Below, one piece after another: positions 22,335-34,600 of a stretch of 64,000 bases of DNA (positions within the stretch are counted from its first letter, which is position 1; each line of letters opens with the position of its first letter). The position numbers and the translations under genes were made by a program. The stretch comes from Bugula neritina (taxonomy: Eukaryota; Animalia; Bryozoa). The stretch covers positions 6,190,722 through 6,254,721 of the forward strand of contig OZ037766.1 of NCBI GenBank assembly GCA_964035545.1, in the 5' to 3' direction. Below the pieces are notes generated by a model. That model was not told the origin of the DNA, ran no database searches, and saw only the letters and a program-made list of their open reading frames with translations.

Positions 22335-25152
22335 CTCAGCATTTTCCAAAAACCTAAAGTAAATAAATTAAAATGATCATGCAAATTCAGTAAACAATTC
22401 ACACAAAGGAATTAAGTATGGTTTATGAGATTTGATTCACATAAAGATGTTGAATATAAAACTTACTAAGACTGCATTATGAATCTGATAAATATGAGGA
22501 AGTTACTTGTTAAGATACAAAGACCTCATTCGGTTAATCATAAACTTCTACTTAAAGCTACTTTTACTAGGCTTCAGATATGTACAGAGTTTGTGTATAT
22601 TTACTCAGCTATGCTATGACTTTGACTAACTCTAATATAATATCTACCTACTACTCACTTTCAGTAGACTGCTCAGTATTATTACTAAAGTTCTAATAAT
22701 CAATTTTAAAATTATTAATTTTAAAGCCTGGTTAAACTTAAACTAGAATTTAGATAAGTTATATAATCAATATGAATATAAGTAAAAAGATATGAGTATA
22801 CAGTAGCAGAGGCATTTAATTAACACAAAGACAATAATAATATTAATTAAGTTTAATAATAATGATCTATATTAAATGCAGTGTTAATATGTTTACTTGA
22901 ATAGTGCTTCAGTTTTAAAATTACCATAATTACTATAGTATTGACATTCAATGTTCATTATTATTAATTACAGTAATACTAATAATAATAATGAATATGT
23001 AACGTTTAGTCATACTCATAATCACAATCATGATAGGGTGATAAATACTTACTGTTACTCTTAGAGTTACTGTTAGTACTGAGTCTGATATTATAAGTAT
23101 AACTATAGTAATACTAATAGTAATAGCAATACTAATACTAATAGTAATAGTTCAACTTCAACTTTAAGTTTAACTTAATCAATATCATTATCACTGTTGA
23201 TAAGTATAACTGTTATGATTATCAATATGAATATCATTATCATTATGATTATAATTATTGACCAAGGGCAAGAGTAGTAGTAGTAGTAGCAGTCGCAGTA
23301 GTACAGGTTGAGGTATTAGTTGCAAAAGAAAGACTAACAGTAACTGTAAGAGTAAGATCAAAGATGTCATATTGATATTCATATTCATAACCGTACCGAA
23401 AATGACTAATGATTTATATCATTATTATTATTATAATAAATATAATCTTAATGATAATAATTTACATTATATTTAATTTCATTATATAGTTTATTTTTAA
23501 TTTTATAATATTATTAATATTATTAATAATAATAATAATTGATATTAATCATAATGATAATGATGAGTCTAATTATATTATTATTTATTAACTTATACTT
23601 ATAGTTATAGCTTATAGGCATATAGCTTATGCTATAAGTATAGTCATAGTGTTACCACTAGATAGGTGATCAATTACAATTTACTAAAAGTAGAGTCTTA
23701 GTTGAATATCACCGAAATAAAGAGTTTATTTCATTAGTTTGATGAGTACAGCTTCAATCATTTCTTCATGTTGATCGTTCCCAACCTATTTAATGGTTTT
23801 ATTATGTACTTTGCAGCAACTACAGCTGCAGACGTCTATGATACAGTATTTGCTCAACCGTTACCAACGCCGAAAAGTAAAATAATTATTATGCTCTATT
23901 TCTGTGGAGGAAATAACTCCACATTTTTAGCAAGAATGTGTATGATATAATTATTGCATTCAAGATCTACTCACAGGCCAAATAGATAATACTGCTTTGT
24001 CAATGTGATCCAGTGTTTTTTTTTCTTATACACTAATACTTATTTTCAACTATGTTAGATTAGAGAAAAAAGTTGTGAGAATAATTTTTAAATACCGGTA
24101 AGTCAAAATTAGATGATGCTCTGCAATGTAAAATAACTACCATTACATTAGATCTGACAATTTCTCTGTAGATTCAATATTTTTGACATTTATTATGAAC
24201 CTCTAAAACCAGGTGAAAGTCTGACAGTGTACTATAGTCAACAAATTACTCGCCTCCCAATACAACTAGTTGCACTCAATACCCTTGCCAGCTGCTTGTT
24301 TTACTAGCAGTTCACCAGCAGCCTATAGGCTATAGAGGAACAAGGGTCTATGACTACTTCATTCTTAGTATCTCCAGACTCCTGCCTACTGCGTTGATTG
24401 ACATGTAGCTGCCGGTGCTCTTTTTTAACCTCAATTTTAGGTTGTTGTGAGAACAAGCAGAACATTTTAGAGGTTTCTAAATTGTAATTGTCGAGACACA
24501 GGCCAGTTGTGTTTTGCTATTGTTTAAAACTTTTCATTTTTGTGACTTGCTTCTCTTCACACGAGAAATTTCAACTGGCTTTACGTAATATGTTTAATAT
24601 ACATTTTTATTCAGAATGAATTGAATTAAATAAAAGACTAAGGAAAGCCAAAACTGGCAGTATTTCTTACATCAGTGCATGTAGATTCCAGAAAATAGTT
24701 TTTAAAATAAAATTTGTGGGTTATGAAAATTATATATTATATTATATTTCTAATGTTTCTTGATATGCTGAATTATTGAAACGCATTGCATGTATTCCTA
24801 AATTTGGGAGTAAATTTTAATTGCGTTAACTTTGACTGCATAAGATATTTACTCCTAATAACTTTTATAAATATATTCATTTATATTTACAGCTAATTAA
24901 AAATAGCATAAATTATATATAAATGAAACCAAGATCTGGATGCTATTAAATATAATTGTATGCATAAACTCCCATTATTAAATTTTATAAGCTTTTACGA
25001 TAACATTTCCATCTTTTATCATTGGTACGCTTATGGAAAGTACAAGACTTCACCATGCCAATGGTGTGAAAAGATACTGGTGGACTCCAAACAGATGTTC
25101 TTTTACTGTGAATATCACAACAGCTCCTGGTATATATTATGTTGAACATTAA

Positions 25153-25380
25153 ATATACTGTAACACTAGCTCACGTGTGACTATTCCACTGCATGCATGT
25201 ATTAGTATTGTATACTGTAACACTAGCTTAATTGTGAATGTTTCACTGTATTAATACTACATATATACTGTAAAACTAACTCAGGTATAAATATTCACTG
25301 CATGTATTAATACTATACAATAAAGCACTAGCTCATGTGTGAATACTCCACTGTATTAATATTACATATATACTGTAACA
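25153..25380. repeat. Degenerate ~55-bp tandem repeat (~4 copies)
   Basis: Recurring TATACTGTAACACTAGCT...TTCCACTG...TATTAATACTA. Confidence 0.75.
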
Positions 25381-26254
25381 GAAAGGTGACTAGAAATCAT
25401 CTTCTATGCTGGTGCCAAGTGTTTGGCAGGACTCAGAAACAATATCCACCTGCACTCACTTGCTCAGGTCTGACGAAGTCTAGACAGACTATGTTAATGA
25501 TTTATTACAAAGGGCAGCTGGTACTATGGTGGACATCAAATGAGAACTAAAATATGCTTTTATTAAATTATGATTATTAATTTGTTACCAGCTAAACCAA
25601 TGCTTTGTTAACAGGTTTTACCTTAATTTAAAGAAATAGGTTTTGATATCAGAAATAACTGGCAAAATACCACCAATAAGTGCTTATATGCTTATATAAA
25701 TGCCCTTGAAAATTTTAATACTTTAAAGAGCCTTTGTTTATATCAGTATACAAATTTGCATTTTTTGAAACATAAATTGAAATCAGATTTTTATTGCTCA
25801 TCAATCATAAACATTATTCCATTTTACCTGTATAAATTTTTTAAAAGATTTCATTTACATAATTATGAACAAAGATTACTAGATTTATATAGTACCACCT
25901 ATAAAAATGCATATAATTATAAAGTATATTTTGCAGATTATACTGCCCATATAGAAAAGCAGACTAAAAAGATATTTACATACAGATCTACTGAGAATAT
26001 GATAGCTAGCATTGTTGGAAGCTACTGATAATAGGATATCCTGGTTCAACATTCTGACACCAAACCAATTTCACATTCAACTGATGAAGCAATTATTAAT
26101 TTTTAAACCATTAATTCACAGCTAGTGGCAAGTGAATAGGAAGTTTGCACTACTTAACTTTATTTGTATAACATCATTTGTCTGCTACCTGTTGCTTTAT
26201 GCACCCTGCTGTCTTTTTCCTTCAGGGCTTCAAGGTATAGCCTCGCTGTGGTAA

Positions 26255-26676
26255 GCGTAGAGCCACACGACGTGACGTGAGAAAACCCGTTTAGCCCAAA
26301 AATGGGACGTCATGTGCGGGATTTTCATGCGTCTAACATGCTGAGCGAGAAGTGCGGCAAGCTCATGCGAGTTTAATCTAATTGGCTTATTATCATTTAG
26401 CGAGCACACTTTTTTATTTTAATTCACGTTTTAGCTTTTAGCGAACTGAATTAAAACAGTTTCATACAGTTTGAGTTTACGTTTTACATTATCTAAAGTC
26501 ACTTTGCCGATGACGTAGTTGTAAAAACAAACGTCTGTAGGCGAGCAGTAAAGTTTAACACTAACATCATTAGACAGTAAATTTCCTCACTCGCGACACA
26601 CGCATTGTGTGTGGCATGTCCGAACGGGTTTTCTCGCACGTCACGAACATATAAAACCTGTCGTGTGGCCCTACGC
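26255..26676. mobile_element. MITE, PIF/Harbinger-like (422 bp, TAA TSD)
   Basis: TIRs are GCGTAGAGCCACACGAC and GTCGTGTGGCCCTACGC (1 mismatch). Subterminal IRs are CGTGACGTGAGAAAACCCGTT and AACGGGTTTTCTCGCACGTCACG. TAA flanks both ends. Confidence 0.85.
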
Positions 26677-26705
26677 TAACTCGTGTGCATAGCTTATTGC
26701 AATCA

Positions 26706-26857
26706 GAATCGATAGATGCAGCACAAAGTTGGGGCTCATTGAGTGCAGTGTTTGTTTAGACATTCTGCCTGAACTCCAGAACCCCAACTCCCCAACTCTA
26801 ATACCCCCAGACACTGCACTCAATGACCACCAACTTTGTGCTGCTTCTAGCGATTTC
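26706..26857. repeat. Foldback (palindromic) element A
   Basis: Arms of ~45 bp: GCAGCACAAAGTTGGGGCTCATTGAGTGCAGTGT and ACACTGCACTCAATGACCACCAACTTTGTGCTGC. Confidence 0.85.
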
Positions 26858-26890
26858 TTATTTCTACTATAATCATCTCAATGTTGATAA

Positions 26891-27056
26891 TGAATTGTTC
26901 TATAAGCTGCTTCGAGTTGGGGGTGAATGAGTGCAATAGTTTGGGGTTCTCAAGTTTAGAGTTGGGGAGTTAACTCCAAACTTGAGAACCCCAAACTAGT
27001 GAAGAGTTGAACGCACTCAGTCACTACCAACTCGGAGCTGCTTATGGAATAATTCG
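26891..27056. repeat. Foldback element B, related to A
   Basis: Outer arms of ~43 bp plus an inner 27-bp near-perfect stem (TAGTTTGGGGTTCTCAAGTTTAGAGTT / AACTCCAAACTTGAGAACCCCAAACTA). Confidence 0.85.
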
Positions 27057-28623
27057 CAGACATTGCAGTAGTTGTGGGCCAAAGCCTACCATGTAGCAGT
27101 TTAAAGAGTAAAGTTACACAACTAGCATTGTATGTAAAGCAGGGTATTACAAGTCCGGAGTATCAGCCAATTGCTAGAGTTGTCCTCCCAATAAAGCACC
27201 ATATTATGCTTTCATAGGTATCATGAAATGATGTCATGCAGACACACAGAGGGTGGTTTGCACTGGTGTTAGCATGAAATTATAGATACATGTGCTCACT
27301 TGTTTGTCTGACATATTTATATTACAGCGACAACAACCTAATAAATTGACTAGTTGGCAAATTTCCAATAGCATATTTTATGTTTGGCACTGACAGAACA
27401 GTTTAAAATACAACATCATTAGCTGCGTCATTGGCTGTCCTTTGTATCTGAATATGACTTCTTATGAGCCATGTCTCTCCATTGACATCTGTTTCTGGTG
27501 AGGGTTTGCCAGCTACCAACAGGGATCTTTTTATCCATCTTTTTTATTAGCTGTATACTAACTATAATAACAGGTAATTGTTATTAGATGGCTTATGGCT
27601 AAGTATTTTAGCCAAGCTCTACATGGACAAACACCAATGACTATTTTAATTACATACTTATTAATCATTATGTGCAGCTACAACTTATCAAAGTAATTGC
27701 TTACAAAAATAAGGTGAACTTATTATGCATACTGAAAAGGTAAGACTTGCTGTTACTATTTTTATTGAGTAAACATAGATTTAACCTAAGTAAGCAGAAT
27801 CTGCCTCAGCTTTGTTGAGCTCTGAAGGAGGAATTTATGACACTCTTACACGATGTAATGCAACTTAGGCAGGTCTGGTTCTCTAATTCCTTGACAACTT
27901 GGTTTGAAACCTTGCCACTATGATTTGGCATAGGTGAACAGCCTAGAATCAAATATAAACAGTCTTGGAGAAAATAGAATAAAAATGTCAATAGTTCATA
28001 ATCTATGCCACTGGTGGGGGATTTACTAGTTGTGTCTTGTTTTAGAACTAAAGTAATAACTTGTTGTGAAGATTAATTGGAAAACTAGTCTTTGTTGAAA
28101 AAAAATCGGGCAACAGGACCTATGAAGATCTAATAGATATGAGTGTGATATGTAGTAAACATTTAGTGGTAAGTACAAATGGAAGGTATTGGCATTTTTT
28201 AATCGTATACAGTGCATAATGATAATATGAAAGCCACAAGTTATTGGAAACTAGCCAAGCACGTGGTCTACACCTCGCATATAGAGTGCAAAAGAGAAAC
28301 CGTCTGAACACTTGGCAGACACTTCAGGCTGCGGAGTGAGTGTACAAACAACTCACTTTGACAACTGAGAAAACTTGTTTTACAAATTTGCTGGTGAGTT
28401 TGTTGAAATAAAGAGAGTTTACGCAACTACAGGTAAAGATTGGTCTTACCAATGCTGTGATAGCTCTTTTTTGAGGTTAAAAGCTATAAAATTCTGGACA
28501 GATTTTGATGTTTGCGAAGTTCAAAACGTTATTCAATAAATATAATAAGACATCAAATTATTACATCTGGGAAACGTGACCAAAAGCAGCTGGCGAATAA
28601 CCAGAAACAGATTTACGCCAACA

Positions 28624-31600
28624 ATGAACGGCTATCCAGGCAACCACCGTATTCCTTCATCTGGCAATAGGTAAGTTTTAATACGCTGGTAGCCGCAGAC
28701 GTGTTTATTCATCTTTCAAATAGATGCCACTTGGAACTGCTGGGTTACATTAGATGTTATGAGAAATAAAGTATACGACGACACAACGTGTTCACATGCA
28801 GATCACCTTTTAAATTTTGTTTACTACTTCTATGATATAATGCAATTCATATTAAATTAAGAAAATTGTCAGCTGACCGCTACCAGATATTATTCAGCTT
28901 TTGTTTGGATTGTTTACAGTGTCGAGTGTTTCTATTCACTAATGTGATTATGTGATTTAGAATGATGTACCATCTACCACTAGATCTGTCTTACAATAAC
29001 AACCACCCTGCGCATCTATCCATGCCAGATGTCCACTATCACGATATCTTCTTCAACAACTACCCTCCTGCACCTCTCACATATTACGATATGGACGCTG
29101 GTCAAATAAATAACAGGAATGGTCAGCATTACAATTCATTTTTTCTATAACCTCCATAGTCTTCACAGTGAAGTATGAATGCTGGAGTGGGTTCAAGTGA
29201 TTTACATTGTTGTAATGAAATTGTCTCAAGGAGGTGCTAAGTTCACAGGTGGCCAGTGAATAGTAGTATTATAATTAAAGTTATATGTTGCTATCAACAC
29301 TATTCCCTGTGTATAGATTGTAAATTAGAGTCCATTATTAATAGTATCAATTGCTTATTATCTATATATAGATTCTATTAAGACAGTTTCCTACTTTTTC
29401 ATGCCACTGTTTGGTTGCCAGGGTAACCAAGTAACATTCTAATGAATAATATGCTAGATAATACTGTGGTGTCTGCTGCAAAGAAAGCTTTGTCTAATAT
29501 GAGCTGCAAGTACCGCAGCCCTTGCCCCCCCCCTCCACAATTGTCTCTCATGGAAACAAAGGCTAAGTGTTAAGTTGAAAAATTGTAGAGTTTTATTTAG
29601 CTGGAGCTTCTAGTTATTGGTTTGGTGCTTGGGTTTGAGGTGCAATACTTTTTGTAAGAGAACAACTTCTCATGCCATAAATCTTCAAAGTCTAGAATTT
29701 GACTAATAAATGACTTTTCCACTCACCTTATGTTATGTTTGAGGAATTTCTACCCAATCCAATCTCTACAGTCTCTGCCTACTGAAAACAACTTGTTGTC
29801 TTGGAAAATCGACCCCTCTCCTCAAACTACTAAAGCTACTTTTAGTTTGTTTCTGAGAACTACAGCTACATTCAGTACATTGTATTTTTAGTGAAAACTG
29901 TTAGCTCTAATTTATAAGTTTAGGGTTTTCAAGTAGAAGAAAGGTATTATTGAACTGATTTCTATCTGTTACCTATATAATTATTTTCGGTCTTATTTCT
30001 CTACTGCAACTGTAGATTCTCTGGTTAAATTCATGCTGACTGAAAACATTTTTGCTTACCTGTTTAATCCAAAGGTTATGACTTGCTAACCAATCAATAA
30101 TAATTGGGCTAACATAATTTGAAAATAATGAAATCAAAACATTTATTGCTAACCGAATTTAACTTTCAAAACTAATTATTCAACATCAAAGCATAACTTT
30201 TCTTTAGACAGCATAGTGAAACTTTTTTATTTTTGTTTTAAATGATTATTCAAAGGTGTTTGAAGACCTGCTTATATACTAATGCATTGTATTGTTCCCT
30301 AGTAACCCAAAACATAATATTGCTGTATATGTATAGATGTATAGTTATATATTTTAAATTGACTTTTCGTATTTTCTTGAGTATTATGATATTGTATTAA
30401 GTATAAAGTATATAGAATAGGCGTTTAGCCCATACCAATTGCTGCTGTATTATTTCTATGATGATAAATAATGGTTACATAATAACTTGAAACATCCATT
30501 GTGTTCATTATACAAATTTATTGACCCCAATTTGACCCCCACTCTGTATACAAAACTCCATCAAAGCTAGCAAATAAAGTGATCGCCTGATAATTGTAAC
30601 CATATATAATATTGAGACACTTGGTATTGGTCATCTTATACAGTGGTAGCGCCTCCTGTAGCCCATCTGCCAGCTCACTTTGGACATCCCGCTATAAACA
30701 CCTCCAGGTTGAGTACTCCACTGCAACCACGGCCAACTGTAAGAAGTATTCGCCCTACACTTGCCCCTCACAGCTCTTCTATATCTATGTAAGTATGTTA
30801 GTTTATTCTATTAATTAATATCACTTCTCCTAGTTTCAACTAGCCAAGTCTGGTAGGGTTTATAGTCCATCATACTCACTGATTACATATTAGCCTCAAG
30901 TTATTTAAATTAAAAAATTCATGTGTGGTTAGTGGAGTGTCAACTACCGATAAAGCATTACGTGCCGTGCTGCAGACTTGAGAATCAGCTGAGACAGTAA
31001 AAAAACCATAAGTTCTTAGATTGTGATTAATGAATGAATAATTGGATTCAGAAAAAAAACACCAAAGTTATGAGGTTTTAATGACTTCATTTTTACAGCA
31101 GGTTTTCTTGAGTAACAATTAATCACCAGCTGCTAATAATACGATGCACTGGATGGCTCACACTTATTTAGTGGGCTCCTGGAAGCTTACAATAACAGGT
31201 TTCTGAAAGTTTTCTAAATCTTTGAGTTATATATAGTCTCTGTTCTAAGTTTTTCTCCCAAATGTGTTTCCCTAGACTATTTTAAACCATATTCTGATTC
31301 ATTGTTGGTTGTCTGAAGTGGGTCGCAATAATTTTTATTTGTTGTTACCGTATAATATATTGCAATCAACAAATAAACTATAATGATAATTGTTAATGGC
31401 TATAATTGGTATTACAGTAAACTATTATGTATAAATAATTTAATTATCTATTACTAAGTAAAACCCCTTTCTATCAACTGTAATGTGATGTTTTAGAGAA
31501 TATTCTCACAATGATTAGCTTCTTATCTCAACTAATTGGGGGATAAATATTCACGTTGATAAGTATGAGCTTGAAGTTAAAATGAATATAAATTAAAATT

Positions 31601-34600
31601 GAAGTCATCTGGATTTAGTTGTATATTTACATTGTGGTTATACTTGACTATTAAAGAGGCTAGAGTTACCATAGCAACATAATAATATTCTTGGTTATTA
31701 TATAATCAGTTAGAATTTGATGTTGTGCTTGTTGATGCTTGGGAGTGACTTGTAGCTGATCTTCATAATATAAGTTTACAATATATCACTGCAAGAGTAA
31801 ATTAGATATGATGTTATGTGGAATAAATATTTCTCCACCCAGCAGAGTCTTTATTGCACTTTGAAAGTAAGCTGCATTGATTTCCTATTTCACTTTATAG
31901 GAAGTAACTTTGACTCTTGATATCTGTGGTAGTAGAGCTTGTTTTCTCACTAAGAGTACATAGAGCCTGTGCTTCATACTTGTTTAATTATCTTTGTGGA
32001 TTGCTGCAGCTAAGAAAACCATTTGAATAAAGTTACTGACTATCAGTATTAATTCTCTAATGCCAAGATCTTTGTTAGTTCTGCTGCTAAAAGATTGACC
32101 GTCATCTGCAGGTAAACTGAAATTTGCATTTGTTTGAAGAGATGTCTGTCAAAATGTACTATGAGAACAAATTGCTTGGAGAAAATATATTTAGCTGATT
32201 AATTTCTGGATATTTTAATACTATATGAATGTGTAACTAAACAGTCCCGTAATATGCTGATTAGCATTCAATAACTGATAGATTTGAATTCCCAGCACAA
32301 ACATGGTGTTAGTGGTGTAAGAAAATGTGCTTTCCATCCTTTTAGTCTGATATATTTACTAGTCTCATAGTGTTTTAGTTAAAAAACCCATATTATACAC
32401 ATTCACATTTGAATATACTTTTATATATGCCATTTGCCACTCCCTATTGCGTACAACATAACTTAGGTATGCATCTTTTGGCGGGTCTTTTCAGTGAGTC
32501 TATATAATATTGTGACGTGGTTAAAGTGTACTGACTACTTTTTCTAGTGCCTGTTAGTTACATGGTTTAATATGGAAATTGCATCAACCAGGCTATGTCT
32601 TTGTCCACCACTCACACAAACTTATGATATCATCAGTGTTGGTCTTCTAAGCTTTGTTCTCAGATTATCTGTTCTAGTGACACCAGCTGTAAAGTCTTAT
32701 CCCATCTCTTACTATAACAGAGACATCTTCAAATCTGTTGCTGCAGGCTATGAATACTTGTATACACAAGTAGTTAGCTGATACAATATTATATTGTTTT
32801 TCAAAGTTAAAAAATCTTAGATCCTAATACCTTTAGAAAATTATAGTATTGGCATGAAATAATAGAAATAGAATAAAGAAATGCACTAATAATTTAATTT
32901 TTTTAATAAAATAGATTTATAGCAATTTTCTTTTTGTATTTATTTTAAGACTTTTAGACAATAAGAATATCTAGCAGTTACAGTTATTAGCAGTGTGAAA
33001 ATGGAAAATTGAAATTTTGTGAAAAGTTGATAAACTAAATTCAGACATAATAGTTCTGGAAGTATTTTTTAATTAATAATATGGAACTTTTAAATACTAC
33101 AATAGGAATAGAAATGCTAGCCTATACTATTTCAGACTTATAAAAGAATAGTTATAGCAAAGAAAGTTGTCTACCTACAGTAGTATTCCAAGTTCAAACT
33201 AAAAGATTTGCCCCCTTTAGTGGCAGCATGCTCAGTGTAGTTTTATTGGATTTAGTTGAATTAAACTATAATATAATTTTGAATCAATCAAGTGTTTTTC
33301 TGATGATACATGTAAGCTGGTAATGGGATATTTTGAGTAAATTAATTTTTCAGCTATCAAAATCTATAAAAAGTCTAAGTTTCTAATTTCCAACTTAGAA
33401 ATCTAAATTTCAAAACTTCCCAAGTTATAACAGACTATTATAATGAACTATATCTTTTTTTCTGAAATTTTCATTTATAAATTCATGTACAAATAATTCA
33501 TTTTCCAAATGCCTATAGGAACTCTATTAGCCTCAGGTCTTTAATTTTTCACACAAGTTGAGTTTTTGAGGCAAGGCTAGTAATTTTCAAAGCATCTATT
33601 TTGTATTATTTCAAATTGGTTTTTAAAGAAAACAAGTTGTTCAAAACTGCTCCAGTAGTTTTCGATTTTTCTGGACAACATTAGATATTTCTTAGAAACA
33701 ATTTGTGTTGGCCTTGTGGACTGGCAGCTGTTTTCAGTTCTCATAAACCCATTCAACCACCAGAAATTCAACCACCATCGTGTGAATTTTGAACAATTCA
33801 GGTTACATAATAGATATAAATATTGCAGGTCAAATTCTTTTGTACATGCACTGATGAGGGCAACCGCACTTAAACCAAACACCAGACACGCTGCCTGCAA
33901 GTTATTTACAATCTAAGTCATTTATCAGTTCATCACCGCAGATCCGTGAGGTTAGTTGTCACATCAACTAGCAGTCACTGTCTAATCTCTACATTGCAGG
34001 AATTTTCTGCCTCCTCTTCCTATCAAAGCTGATAAAGTTGCAGTTCCATCGCCTCCTGCTGCAAGGACCTCTAAAGCTTTGGACTCCTCAGTTACAGTGA
34101 CAGATAAGGCGCCAGTATTACCACTAGAAGACATCAATGTAGAAAGTTTGATAAATGACATTGTAATGGCAAGTTCTAACACTGCAGAGGCCACTAGCAG
34201 TTCCACCGAATCGCTGCAGGTAAAGTTACATTTAGGTGCAATAATAGCGGAGAAATTGGGATAGCCCAAGTTCTTTAATTTTCTCAATCTTTGGTTTGGG
34301 GCGTGGATTGAAATTCATACAAGAACACAACTTGTACATTTCTAATCTAGAACACGGGCTTTTTTTAATTTCTCAATTGCTTCACCTATACCTGAATTCA
34401 ACAGAGATGTAATAATATTTATATTTTGGTACATGTCCGTTCCACATGAAACTTTCCTTCACCGGCCCAGCTTAGCTTAGATTTTTGAATGGATTCACTT
34501 CTCTAGTTTACTATCTGAATATCAATAACATAATGCCCTTCTCTACACTATACATGTCTAATGTTGGTATCAAAGCTGATATAAGCTACTTTCCTTGCAT

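Noticed and set aside
27428-27550. Minus-strand peptide IPVGSWQTLTRNRCQWRD resembling the C-terminus of RTE-type LINE ORFs
   Set aside because: Only ~18 residues of weak similarity, with no RT sequence nearby. It cannot be supported without a profile search.
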